Virus record (IMG/VR): IMGVR_UViG_3300031951_006582
Location: 8,299 to 72,298 of that record
DNA: 64,000 bases
From: a virus
Direction: 5' to 3' (one strand)
The notes under the pieces are model-generated. The model had not been told where the DNA came from and did not search any database. It saw nothing but the letters and a program-made list of their open reading frames with translations. Both the position numbers and the translations under genes were made by a program. Of this stretch, positions 21,230 to 30,659 are shown one piece after another (within the stretch, counting starts at the first letter, position 1; the number at the start of each line of letters is the position of its first letter).

Positions 21230-21783
21230 ATAACACTAGGATTGAACGTGATTTCTGTTTTCAAACAGGGTTGTACTTTGAAGACAAATTCCATATAGGC
21301 GTCTATGATATAACTCTATCCATGTTAGTAGAAACTGACTCAATTAAAGAACAAAATATTGCGATGGATCGCATAATCTATTTTTTGCATGAAGTAATGC
21401 AAAACTCTGTACTAATAAGTTCACGTAATCAAGACGTAATTAGACAGTATCAAGGCATAGATTTAAGAGTATGTGAGCTACCCGAAGAACCCTACGATCA
21501 AATATTAGCAATGGTTTTGCTACTCAAGCTAAACAGCATAGCCGAAAATAGACTCAAGATTACAGATTTAGTTATCGGTTCATCACTAAGCGATGGTGTA
21601 AGGTTCAATGTAGTATCAGAAGTAGCAGAAGGTGCATTCAGCGGAAAATACTGGTGGAATAGCTCTTGTGTAGCAATGAATAGCCGCGACTTTGAGATAG
21701 GAGATCATAGCAAAGTTATCAAGCTATTCACTGATGATTGGATCAATTTGGGTCTATCCTGGCGAGATATGGCTAAAAATTAA
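21226..21783 (+). CDS. Hypothetical protein
   Basis: Clean ORF, ATGA overlap with upstream gene. Confidence 0.7.
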   Translation: MNNTRIERDFCFQTGLYFEDKFHIGVYDITLSMLVETDSIKEQNIAMDRIIYFLHEVMQNSVLISSRNQDVIRQYQGIDLRVCELPEEPYDQILAMVLLLKLNSIAENRLKITDLVIGSSLSDGVRFNVVSEVAEGAFSGKYWWNSSCVAMNSRDFEIGDHSKVIKLFTDDWINLGLSWRDMAKN

Positions 21784-21819
21784 CTTGCTTTTTTACAGCA
21801 TCTATGTAATAATGACATT

Positions 21820-22329
21820 ATGCTAAAAGACAAATACGGTCAAATTATATATTCTGAAAAAGATTTAGTAGAACTATATCTTGCAAATCCTGATTTGGTT
21901 TTTTCTAGACCGATACTGTCAGACAGCAACATACCCTTTGATCAAGACTTGAATATTGACACTATTCCAAAGATAGTGAAATACATTTCATCTGATATCT
22001 CAGTTGAAGCCTTCGATATGATGAAGCAAAACAACTGGCATATGCCGGATGAATACAAAAATCTTGATATTGCAAAGTATGTATTAGATCAGTGTCAACA
22101 CGAAGAAGAAATACAGAGAGCAGGACAAGAACTCCTTCTATATCAAGAAAGAGATATGTTCATTCTGTTGAAGTACTTGAAGTATCTCGTTGACACGATG
22201 AGAAATAACAACATTGTTTGGGGAGTAGGCAGAGGTTCTAGTGTTTCTAGCTTTGTTTTATTCTTGATAGGAGTCCATAAAATCAATTCGTTGTATTATG
22301 GACTAGAGATTGATGAATTTTTAAAATAG
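21820..22329 (+). CDS. DNA polymerase III alpha (DnaE)-like fragment
   Basis: YLVDTMRNNNIVWGVGRGSSVSSFVLFLIGVHKIN matches the DnaE GRGS motif region; only 169 aa. Confidence 0.8.
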   Translation: MLKDKYGQIIYSEKDLVELYLANPDLVFSRPILSDSNIPFDQDLNIDTIPKIVKYISSDISVEAFDMMKQNNWHMPDEYKNLDIAKYVLDQCQHEEEIQRAGQELLLYQERDMFILLKYLKYLVDTMRNNNIVWGVGRGSSVSSFVLFLIGVHKINSLYYGLEIDEFLK

Positions 22330-22344
22330 TCAGCTATTTAGATA

Positions 22345-22352
22345 TATAAATA
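22345..22352 (+). promoter_or_regulatory. T4 late promoter, exact consensus TATAAATA
   Basis: Upstream of AAGGAG RBS of ORF 22370. Confidence 0.75.
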
Positions 22353-22369
22353 GTAGAAAGGAGTCAGTT

Positions 22370-22822
22370 ATGGCAAAGTATAGAACAGCACAGGGAAAAG
22401 TCGTTGATATGGCACAACTTGCTGCAAAGAATGAGCGTACTCGTGCAGTAGGAAACATGAGCGTAAACGCTCGTGGTGATACTATTGATGGTCAAGGAAG
22501 AATTATTCTTCCAGTCACTAAGAAGGTTGGCGAGAAGTATCAAAGAACAGTAAGCAATCGTGCAGCTAATATCGTTAAGAGAAAGCAGGTAGATAGCTTT
22601 ACTCCAATTGAAAACGCGCCTGCCCCTGAGACTAAGGTTGAACTAACAGAGGAAGAACTTGAATTTTTAGATACTGCCGAGGAAGATAATGAAATTGAAG
22701 CTATCAAGGCAGTTGAGGCAGCTAAGGCATTAGAAGCAGCGAGAGCCGAAGAAATGAAGAAAAAGATTAAAGTTAAACCAGCAAGTGAAGCACCGGACTT
22801 TTTTGATCCTAGTAAAGACTAA
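22370..22822 (+). CDS. Conserved phage protein
   Basis: YRTAQGKVVDM...AVGNMSVNARGD; strong RBS. Confidence 0.75.
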   Translation: MAKYRTAQGKVVDMAQLAAKNERTRAVGNMSVNARGDTIDGQGRIILPVTKKVGEKYQRTVSNRAANIVKRKQVDSFTPIENAPAPETKVELTEEELEFLDTAEEDNEIEAIKAVEAAKALEAARAEEMKKKIKVKPASEAPDFFDPSKD

Positions 22823-22824
22823 AA

Positions 22825-23193
22825 ATGGCAAATCAAGCACATAAAACAAGACATAAATTTAAAAAGCTTATTCCACTCAAGGACACAATTCTTGTTCATG
22901 GGATGGAATTTAAAGAGCGTCTTAGTCGCGGAGGTCTTATTCTCCTAGACGATGACATGAAAAGTCAAGGCATTCGGCCCAGATGGGCACAGGTCTATGC
23001 AGTTGGGCCGGATGTTACTGATGTTAAAGTAGGCGATTATATTATGATAGCACACGGTCGCTGGTCACGTGGTCAAGCAATTGAAGACGAAACTGGCGAG
23101 AAAGTAATCCGTAAAGTAGACCCTAATGATATTTTATTAATAAGTGATGAACCAGTACAAGATTATACAATGAGTGATAAAATTATTGCGTAA
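22825..23193 (+). CDS. groES: Co-chaperonin GroES-like (T4 gp31 analogue)
   Basis: LIPLKDTILV, SRGGLIL, VYAVGP...DVKVGDYI. Confidence 0.85.
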   Translation: MANQAHKTRHKFKKLIPLKDTILVHGMEFKERLSRGGLILLDDDMKSQGIRPRWAQVYAVGPDVTDVKVGDYIMIAHGRWSRGQAIEDETGEKVIRKVDPNDILLISDEPVQDYTMSDKIIA

Positions 23194-23196
23194 GTG

Positions 23197-23254
23197 GATT
23201 GGGAAGTGAGAAACATTTCTAAGAGGCTCGTGTGGCGAGAATCACTTCCCAATC
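23197..23254. other. Structured intergenic element: 13-bp perfect stem enclosing two small hairpins
   Basis: gattgggaagtga (23197-23209) pairs with tcacttcccaatc (23242-23254). Confidence 0.6.
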
Positions 23255-23278
23255 TGATTAACATTTAAGTGTGAGAAT

Positions 23279-23461
23279 ATGACAAACAAAACCATCAAAG
23301 ACTATGCACCCTATATCGCTGCATTTGCTGCCTTAGGCGCAGCCGCTGCTGCTGCTACTTTTGCATATGTAAAAACTTCAAAATCCCTTAAGGAATTGGA
23401 AGATATTGATCTTGACTTTGGCAATGATTCCGTGTTATCTTCTGTTTTTAAGAAGGACTAA
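23279..23461 (+). CDS. Small single-pass membrane protein
   Basis: Ala-rich hydrophobic segment. Confidence 0.6.
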   Translation: MTNKTIKDYAPYIAAFAALGAAAAAATFAYVKTSKSLKELEDIDLDFGNDSVLSSVFKKD

Positions 23462-23464
23462 TCT

Positions 23465-24388
23465 GTGAAGAATCAATTGTGGGTTGAGAAGTACCGCCCT
23501 AATACGGTGAGTGATTATGTATTCGTTGACGAAAATCAGAAACAAATTGTACAACGCTGGATTTCTGATGAGTCCATTCCTCATCTACTGCTTTCAGGCG
23601 ATCCAGGCACAGGCAAAACGACTCTTGCAAAAGTTCTCATCAACGAACTAGGCATTGAAGAATTTGACGTTCTTGAAATCAATGCGTCTCGTGAGAACGG
23701 CATTGATGCATTGCGTGAACGTATCAATGGCTTTGTTCAAACGATGCCTTTTGGTAAGTTCAAGATCGTTCTACTAGACGAAGCTGACTATCTTACTCAG
23801 CCTGCACAGGCAGCACTTCGTAACGATATGGAAGCGTATCATCAAACAGTGCGCTACATTCTGACTTGTAATTATCAGCACAAGATTATACCTGCGTTGA
23901 AGTCACGTTGTCAAGAATTTCATATCGCAAAGCCCGATATCACTGAATACACAACTCGTGCAGCTACAGTGCTGATTACAGAGGGCATTGACTTTGACCT
24001 TGATGACCTTGATACTTATGTTCGTGGTTGCTATCCCGATCTTCGCAAGTGTCTTAATCAGCTACAGCAGAACAGCGTTGATGGCAAGCTTAATAAGCCA
24101 CAGTCAACTGGCAGCGGCGAAGATGAACTATTGATTGCTGCAACTGATTTGTTCAAGAGCGGTAAGATTCTTGAAGGTCGTCAACAGTTGATGCAGTATA
24201 TCAGTCTGTATCCAACTCGTATTGAAGATTGCTATCGTTGGATGTATGACAATCTTGATTTGTGGGGCAATACTAATGAGCGTAAGGATGCAGCAATCAT
24301 TACGATTCGCAATGGTCTTGCTAATCTGCCGCTTGTTGGCATCCCTGAGATTAGTCTTGCGGCAACACTCGTAGAATTAACAGCCTAA
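23465..24388 (+). CDS. Clamp loader AAA+ subunit (T4 gp44/RFC-like)
   Basis: WVEKYRP, GDPGTGKTT, EINAS, LLDEADYL, LKSRC. Confidence 0.95.
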   Translation: MKNQLWVEKYRPNTVSDYVFVDENQKQIVQRWISDESIPHLLLSGDPGTGKTTLAKVLINELGIEEFDVLEINASRENGIDALRERINGFVQTMPFGKFKIVLLDEADYLTQPAQAALRNDMEAYHQTVRYILTCNYQHKIIPALKSRCQEFHIAKPDITEYTTRAATVLITEGIDFDLDDLDTYVRGCYPDLRKCLNQLQQNSVDGKLNKPQSTGSGEDELLIAATDLFKSGKILEGRQQLMQYISLYPTRIEDCYRWMYDNLDLWGNTNERKDAAIITIRNGLANLPLVGIPEISLAATLVELTA

Positions 24389-24399
24389 GGAGAATATAA

Positions 24400-24819
24400 A
24401 TGGCTAAATGGAACCTAATGCCGAAATACAAGAAAAGTATTCAAGAAATTGAATTTTGGACAAAAGACGGTAAAGTAATTCAGTATAGTGTTTGGTGGCG
24501 CGGCGGTAACGTCATTCTCAATACCGCTACTGACGAAGCACCTGAAATTGATTTAGAGAATGCCGATGATGACGGGTTGGATGTGTATTCCCTTGCTGAC
24601 GGTGAAAATATTCTAGACGTAGAAATGGATAGCTTCTGGGACGGCGACAGTACTGAATGGTTAGCTGTCTCTCCCGATGTAACAGAAGAAGAACTACAGG
24701 AAGTTATTGATGCTTGGGAAGAAGAATGGAGCGAAGGCGTAGAAAATCTTGGCTGGGAACTTGATGACAGCGAAGTATATTTCCACGGCGAGTTAGAGAT
24801 TGAAAAGGTAGAAGAATGA
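24400..24819 (+). CDS. Highly acidic hypothetical protein
   Basis: AAGGAG RBS; D/E/W-rich. Confidence 0.75.
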   Translation: MAKWNLMPKYKKSIQEIEFWTKDGKVIQYSVWWRGGNVILNTATDEAPEIDLENADDDGLDVYSLADGENILDVEMDSFWDGDSTEWLAVSPDVTEEELQEVIDAWEEEWSEGVENLGWELDDSEVYFHGELEIEKVEE

Positions 24820-25118
24820 GATACCTATTAATTTCGTATCTTAGAAAAGTTAACGGACAGATTGATGAAATGGTCAATGTGTCTAAGCGTGTTCGTACCA
24901 GTGATATGAATAATGCCAATGTTATTCTTGATTTTGCTGAAGGAAAAATAGTAAAGTGCGTGATTGAAGGCAGAAATCACGACACTACATTTGAACAAAT
25001 GCGTGACTATTACTTTAAGGTATATCCTCAACTTGTACAACAGCTAGAAAAGGAAGCACCTATTACTGCTGATCAAGAAAAGAAGGCAAGTAAGATTAAA
25101 GTAAAAACGGGGCGCTAA
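24816..25118 (+). CDS. Hypothetical protein
   Basis: ATGA overlap; ends inside terminator. Confidence 0.7.
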   Translation: MRYLLISYLRKVNGQIDEMVNVSKRVRTSDMNNANVILDFAEGKIVKCVIEGRNHDTTFEQMRDYYFKVYPQLVQQLEKEAPITADQEKKASKIKVKTGR

Positions 25119-25129
25119 GGCCCCGTTTT
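25104..25129. terminator. Bidirectional terminator between convergent genes
   Basis: aaaacggggc-gctaag-gccccgtttt. Confidence 0.85.
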
Positions 25130-25131
25130 CA

Positions 25132-25902
25132 TTATGAGTACATATTTAAAATATGTTCAATAATCTTGTGTCTTCTAATGTCTCTTGTGTCAAACTCACA
25201 AGCAGCCATTCCAGGAACACGATGTTCTAGAATCTTAGATTTCAAATCTAACAATCCATTGTCTAAAGTTTTTCTGTCGGTTTGCTCAACGTCGCCAGTA
25301 ATAACAATCTTACTGCCCTCACCAATTCTTGTCATTAGCATTTTCATCTGACTAGGCGTTGCATTCTGGGCTTCGTCCAGAATGATCCAACTATGTTTGA
25401 AATTGCGGCCTCTACAGAAGGCCAGGGGCGCAATTTCAATAATCTGCTCACTGATCATATACTCTAGTTCTTTGGTTGAATAATATTCTCTCAACACATC
25501 AAAAAGAGGTCTGACCCACGGTTCCATTTTTTGATTTAAGTCTCCAGGCAAAAACCCGTGCTTTTCATCATCAACTGCCACTGCTGGTCTTGTAAGTAAT
25601 ATTTTATCACAATCACCTCTCCTCATTGCTTGGATTGCCGCTAGCATTGCTAGGTATGTTTTACCGGTTCCCGCAGGACCACTCACTACGACTATATCTA
25701 TGTTAGGATCTGTCAAATTGACTATGTATTTTTCCTGATTTACCGATTGAGGTATTAGTTCGATAGGTCTTGTGGCCCTTTTGGGTTGGGTTTGGTTGAA
25801 ATCAATTGTTTTTGATTCATTAGCGTAAGTATGCTCATATTGAGGTTTCTTACTATAACGTGTGTCTTTCTGTCTTAGTGCGCTTGTTTTTCTTTTGCTC
25901 AC
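25132..25902 (-). CDS. phoH: PhoH family ATPase
   Basis: GPAGTGKT, LTRPAV, GFLPGDL, PLAFCRGRNF, ILDEAQN, TRIGEGSK, GDVEQTD. Confidence 0.95.
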   Translation of the reverse strand: MSKRKTSALRQKDTRYSKKPQYEHTYANESKTIDFNQTQPKRATRPIELIPQSVNQEKYIVNLTDPNIDIVVVSGPAGTGKTYLAMLAAIQAMRRGDCDKILLTRPAVAVDDEKHGFLPGDLNQKMEPWVRPLFDVLREYYSTKELEYMISEQIIEIAPLAFCRGRNFKHSWIILDEAQNATPSQMKMLMTRIGEGSKIVITGDVEQTDRKTLDNGLLDLKSKILEHRVPGMAACEFDTRDIRRHKIIEHILNMYS

Positions 25903-26080
25903 ATATTTCTCCTAATCTGTGCTTTTGACACTTGAGAACTTTTGCTCTCAAAAGTACTTAGAATAAGGATATGAGTAAACTATCAGCAAGTAAAAAAATC
26001 TTTCCTGTGATAAATACTTACTCAGTTCGCTGTGAAACAGACGATTCTTGTATTCTGCTTCCGGAAAGATAAATAGTTCT

Positions 26081-26674
26081 ATGAAAACTTCACCAGCAGA
26101 TAAGTTCTTTAATGATATTGATTTCGTTAGCATTGTTGACACCATCAAGGGCGTCTACATGAGCGATGGCGCTATGTCTACCCTATTAGATTTTGAGCGT
26201 GTAATGGATGAGGCAGATGTATATGCTTTCAAGAATTGGATAGTCGGCGAACTCGTTGATGGTCCAGTTGTAGGTAGATACAACTGCAAGTGCATCTTTA
26301 TGTGGCCGTATAAGTTGATGCCTAATCCGAAAGGTGCGCTGAGACTAACTAATATCGGATGCAAAGTCACATATGGTAAAGGCGAAATCAAAGTTCCCGT
26401 TGAAGTCAAAGACTATGAAGATTTTGTTCCCGGAACCAGATATCCTAAGATGGCAAAAAGAAAAGTTTGGTTCGTTGAAGTAGTTATTCCGTTTGAGTTA
26501 ATGGACGATATCAAAGAAGGTTCTATTGACCTTGCTGACCAAACTATTGACCTCTCAGAGATTGAAGATGCTTATGATGAAGATTTGGATACTGCAATGT
26601 CAGAAGAAGATACTGTAGAAACCCAAGCTGATGAAGCGCAGGCAGCAGCGCCACTGGGACAGGGAATGATGTAA
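26081..26674 (+). CDS. Conserved phage protein
   Basis: Likely start MKTSPADK, 5 nt after late promoter ATAAATA (26069-26075). Confidence 0.75.
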   Translation: MKTSPADKFFNDIDFVSIVDTIKGVYMSDGAMSTLLDFERVMDEADVYAFKNWIVGELVDGPVVGRYNCKCIFMWPYKLMPNPKGALRLTNIGCKVTYGKGEIKVPVEVKDYEDFVPGTRYPKMAKRKVWFVEVVIPFELMDDIKEGSIDLADQTIDLSEIEDAYDEDLDTAMSEEDTVETQADEAQAAAPLGQGMM

Positions 26675-26675
26675 T

Positions 26676-27230
26676 ATGGCACTAGATTACATGGACCTTG
26701 AAGGGCAAATCAAAGACAAAATTACAATTGATGAATATGCTGCTAAGATGGGCAAGGACAGTGATATCGTAACTGTCACATTCACTACAAATAGTAAACT
26801 CGCTGCAAAGGATTTAGTTACTTGGTTTGAGCGCGGATATGATTTCGTGTTAGATGCAAGCGTTAGCGATGGGGAAATTGAACCGGGTAAGTGGTTGGTA
26901 TTCATTGAAATGGACCGTAGATCAAAGGTTCCTAATCGTATCGTCACTCTACTACAAGACTTAGAAACACTCACTGGTATTGAGCTGGATGATTGGACAG
27001 TTGAAATAGACGGTGAAGAGTATGAAGCCAGTGAAGAAACAATGAAGGAAAAAATGATTCTAAATCCTAATGAATACGAGTCTGCAAAGGGTTCTGAGGA
27101 TGAAGATGAAGAAACCGAAGAAACCGAAGGCGAACTAAATGAAATGCGTCTTCGTGCCGGACTAGACGTAAAAACAACTTATGTCGAAGATGAGTATATC
27201 AAAAACCTAAAAGCAATAGCAGGAATGTAA
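26676..27230 (+). CDS. Conserved phage protein (acidic; C-terminal RLRAGL/KAIAGM motifs)
   Basis: Clean ORF in operon. Confidence 0.75.
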   Translation: MALDYMDLEGQIKDKITIDEYAAKMGKDSDIVTVTFTTNSKLAAKDLVTWFERGYDFVLDASVSDGEIEPGKWLVFIEMDRRSKVPNRIVTLLQDLETLTGIELDDWTVEIDGEEYEASEETMKEKMILNPNEYESAKGSEDEDEETEETEGELNEMRLRAGLDVKTTYVEDEYIKNLKAIAGM

Positions 27231-27231
27231 A

Positions 27232-27528
27232 ATGACTGAGGTGTTGGTTAGAAACACTAATGAACACTGGATCAACAGCAAATGGCGCCCGTCAATGGGT
27301 TGGATGTATTTGGCTGTATGTATTTTTGACTTCATTCTATTCCCTATATTATGGTCTGTCTTGCAAGCTGCAACTAACGGTAGCGTAACGACTCCCTGGC
27401 AACCAATTACATTACAAGGCGCAGGCTTATTCCACGTTGCTATGGGTACTGTGTTGGGTATTGCTGCATACGGTAGAACCAAAGAAAAGGTTGAGGGTGT
27501 AGCTAATTCTTCAACCGAAGTTCAGTAA
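27232..27528 (+). CDS. Holin-like membrane protein (3TM holin family-like)
   Basis: KWRPSMGWMY...FDFILFP and LGIAAYGRTKEK with two hydrophobic helices. Confidence 0.7.
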   Translation: MTEVLVRNTNEHWINSKWRPSMGWMYLAVCIFDFILFPILWSVLQAATNGSVTTPWQPITLQGAGLFHVAMGTVLGIAAYGRTKEKVEGVANSSTEVQ

Positions 27529-27536
27529 AATAAAAC

Positions 27537-27567
27537 TTGACATTTGATGCAGAGAATGCTATATATT
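27537..27567 (+). promoter_or_regulatory. Sigma70-type promoter for dnaJ-clpA
   Basis: TTGACA-17 nt-TATATA(TT), ATG a few nt downstream, no RBS. Confidence 0.65.
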
Positions 27568-27571
27568 AAGA

Positions 27572-28378
27572 ATGGATCATTATAGCACGTTAGGCGTATC
27601 CCGTGACGCCAGCCAAGAAGAAATCAAAAAAGCTTATCGCAAACTTGCGATGACTCATCATCCTGATAAGGGCGGCAACCCAGTAGAATTTCAAAAGCTT
27701 AATGACGCATACGAAGTCCTGAGCAACCCCGATAAGAAACTTCAATACGACAATCCTTCCGTACGCTCTAATAACCCGTTCGGCGGCGGATTCCAGTTTG
27801 ACCAGAATCATTTTGATCTAGGCGATATATTCAATCAGATATTCGGTGGTGCCCGCGGACCTGGTGCCGGGTTTAATCAGAAACAAATATTTAGAACCCA
27901 AGTATCAATCTCACTATTAGACGCTTACGTTGGAAAAGAACATGCCTTTCAGCTTTCTACTCCTACCGGAGTAAAGGTAATCAATGTTAAAGTTCCATTA
28001 GGAATTAATAACGGCGACCAAGTTAGATACGAAAATGTCATTGACAACGGCACACTTATAATCGGATTTCACATCCTACCTGACTTGAGATTTGATAGAA
28101 ACGGGGATGATTTATATTGCAATTTGCCTATATCTGTGCTAGATTTAATAGTCGGTACTAAAGTAAAATTCAACACTATCTCAGGAAAAACTATTGAAGT
28201 TACTATTCCCCCAAACACGCAACCGTCACAACACATTAGATTGCCTGGCATGGGAATGCCTGTAAAGAATGCAGCCAATGTATATGGTGACCAAATACTA
28301 TTGCTAAAACCTTTCTTACCTGATAATATCCATAGTGATGTTATTGAAAGCATACAGCGTACCCAAGTAAATAATTAA
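27572..28378 (+). CDS. dnaJ: DnaJ/CbpA-class co-chaperone (J domain, G/F region, C-terminal domain, no Zn finger)
   Basis: EIKKAYRKLAMTHHPDK HPD motif; RNGDDLY; LPGMGMP...GD. Confidence 0.92.
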   Translation: MDHYSTLGVSRDASQEEIKKAYRKLAMTHHPDKGGNPVEFQKLNDAYEVLSNPDKKLQYDNPSVRSNNPFGGGFQFDQNHFDLGDIFNQIFGGARGPGAGFNQKQIFRTQVSISLLDAYVGKEHAFQLSTPTGVKVINVKVPLGINNGDQVRYENVIDNGTLIIGFHILPDLRFDRNGDDLYCNLPISVLDLIVGTKVKFNTISGKTIEVTIPPNTQPSQHIRLPGMGMPVKNAANVYGDQILLLKPFLPDNIHSDVIESIQRTQVNN

Positions 28379-28391
28379 AAAGGAAAACACA

Positions 28392-30659
28392 TTGCAGTCT
28401 TCACCTGAAATTGAAAATATTGTAGCACGTTCAATTGAATCTGCTAAGAAGTATCAACACGAATATGTTACTATTGAACATCTTCTTTTGGCTTTGGTTA
28501 CCCATGCGCCTTTCAAGAAGTGTCTCAACGGGTTCAACGTAGATACTGAAATGATGACTCAAGAGATTGAACAGTATCTTACTAGTCTGCAATCAATCGT
28601 ATCCACTGATCCTAATATGCAGCCCAAGCGAACCAATGCGCTTGAGCGTGTGATGAATCGTTCTGTGACGCAGGTGTTGTTCACTGGTCGTAGGCAAGTA
28701 TCTACTATTGATCTTTACATGAGCATCGTTAGTGAGAACAACAGCCACGCACATTATTTTCTTCTAAAGTATGGTGTATCTAAGGCTGAGTTTCTAAATC
28801 ATTGGCAGCGTCACTATAAGGGTGAAGACGGTATTTCTGCCATCACTGATACGCAAGCAGAAGAAATTCTTGAAGAATACACGATTAATCTTACTGCACT
28901 TGCTCGTCAGGAAAAGCTTGAGCCTGTGATTGGCCGCAGCAAGGAAATTGATGATATCGTTAATGTCCTCGCAAAGCGTTTCAAGAGCAACGTATTGATG
29001 GTCGGTGACCCCGGCGTTGGTAAAACTGCAATCGCAGAAGGTATTGCTAACGCTATTGTCAATAAGGAAGTCCCTGACTTCTTGCTTGACCATGAACTTT
29101 ATAGCCTTGAAGTTGGTTCGCTACTTGCTGGTTCACGCTATCGCGGCGACTTTGAAGAAAAGGTCAAGCAGGTTCTTGAAGCACTTAACGTAAAGAAGAA
29201 GTCTATTCTCTTTATTGACGAAGCCCACACTATGCAGGGCGCAGGTGGCTCTACGAGCGGTAGCGTTGACTTCTCTAACATGATTAAGCCCGCTATCACT
29301 AAGGGTACGCTGAAGGTCATCGCAAGCACGACTTGGGAAGAGTTCTACGAAAGCTTTGAGAAGGACCGTGCGTTGATGCGCCGCTTCTATCGTATCAGCA
29401 TTGATGAGCCTAGCAAGGATTCTACTGTTCGCATTCTTAGCGGTCTTGCTTCTCGTTTGAATGACTTCCACGAAGTTAACATTAGTCAGGAAGCTGTTGA
29501 TACTGCTGTTGAATTGGCAGAACGCTATATCCATGATCGTAAGAATCCTGACAAGAGCATTGACTTGCTTGATGCAGCCTGTGCTAAGCAGCGTGTTCTT
29601 ATGAACAAGGATGCAATCATCACTAAGGAACTTATCTATGAACAGGTAGAAAAGTTCACAGGTGTCCCCGCTGATAAGTTGAGTGGTGATAATATGGATC
29701 GTATTCAGAATCTTGAAATGAACGTAAAGAACAAGCTTTATGGTCAAGACGAAGTTGTTGATAAGGTTCTTGAGCGTGTCTATGTCAGCTTCGCAGGTAT
29801 CGGAAACGATACGAAGCCGACAGCAAGCTTCTTGTTCTTGGGCCCAACTGGTACGGGTAAAACAGAATTGGCTAAGCTGCTGTCCAAGAATTTGGATATG
29901 CCGCTTCTCAAGTACGACATGTCGGAGTACGGTGAGAAGCACAGCGTAAGCAGCTTGATCGGTCCGCCCCCGGGCTACGTAGGTTTTGGTGACTCGCAGG
30001 TGCAGGGCGGTCGTCTAATTTCAGACTTGAGCAAGAACCCTCATTCAATCCTGCTGTTTGACGAAGTTGAAAAGGCTCACCCCGATATTTTCAACATCTT
30101 CTTGCAGATGTTGGATGAGGGAACTGTCACTGGTAGTAACGGTAAGCAGGTGTCTATGAAGAACACTCTTATCATTTTGACAAGTAACCTCGGCAGTGCT
30201 GATAACGAACGCAACAACATTGGCTTCGGTGATCTTGAAAAGAGTGGCGAAGACGATAAGGCATTGAAGCAGTTCTTCAAGCCAGAGTTCCGCAATCGTC
30301 TTGATATGGTTTGCAAGTTCAACAAGCTTGACACGCTTTCAATCAAGAAGATTGTTGTCAAGTTCATTGAAGACTTGAAGAAGCCGCTTCTTGAAAAGCA
30401 CAACATTAATCTTAACCTAAGCGAATCGGTAGTTGAATATCTTGCTGAACAGGGCTACGATAGTAAGATGGGCGCTCGTCCTCTTGCACGTAAGATTGAT
30501 GAGTTGGTTCGTGTTCCTCTTTCAAAGAAGATTTTGTTTGAGAGCATCAAGAATGCTAATGTAATGGCAGTGATGAAAGATGATGCGATAGAGTTTGAAA
30601 TCACTGCCAAGCAGAACGCAAGGATTGGTAGTGATGGCATCATTGAAATTGAAGGTTGA
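28392..30659 (+). CDS. clpA: ATP-dependent Clp protease ATP-binding subunit ClpA-like
   Basis: HEYVTIEHLLLAL N-domain; GDPGVGKT and GPTGTGKT Walker A; NIGF ClpP-docking loop; MGARPL. Confidence 0.95.
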   Translation: MQSSPEIENIVARSIESAKKYQHEYVTIEHLLLALVTHAPFKKCLNGFNVDTEMMTQEIEQYLTSLQSIVSTDPNMQPKRTNALERVMNRSVTQVLFTGRRQVSTIDLYMSIVSENNSHAHYFLLKYGVSKAEFLNHWQRHYKGEDGISAITDTQAEEILEEYTINLTALARQEKLEPVIGRSKEIDDIVNVLAKRFKSNVLMVGDPGVGKTAIAEGIANAIVNKEVPDFLLDHELYSLEVGSLLAGSRYRGDFEEKVKQVLEALNVKKKSILFIDEAHTMQGAGGSTSGSVDFSNMIKPAITKGTLKVIASTTWEEFYESFEKDRALMRRFYRISIDEPSKDSTVRILSGLASRLNDFHEVNISQEAVDTAVELAERYIHDRKNPDKSIDLLDAACAKQRVLMNKDAIITKELIYEQVEKFTGVPADKLSGDNMDRIQNLEMNVKNKLYGQDEVVDKVLERVYVSFAGIGNDTKPTASFLFLGPTGTGKTELAKLLSKNLDMPLLKYDMSEYGEKHSVSSLIGPPPGYVGFGDSQVQGGRLISDLSKNPHSILLFDEVEKAHPDIFNIFLQMLDEGTVTGSNGKQVSMKNTLIILTSNLGSADNERNNIGFGDLEKSGEDDKALKQFFKPEFRNRLDMVCKFNKLDTLSIKKIVVKFIEDLKKPLLEKHNINLNLSESVVEYLAEQGYDSKMGARPLARKIDELVRVPLSKKILFESIKNANVMAVMKDDAIEFEITAKQNARIGSDGIIEIEG

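Noticed and set aside
29133-29942. 269-aa minus-strand ORF
   Set aside because: Lies wholly antisense to the well-supported clpA; no motifs
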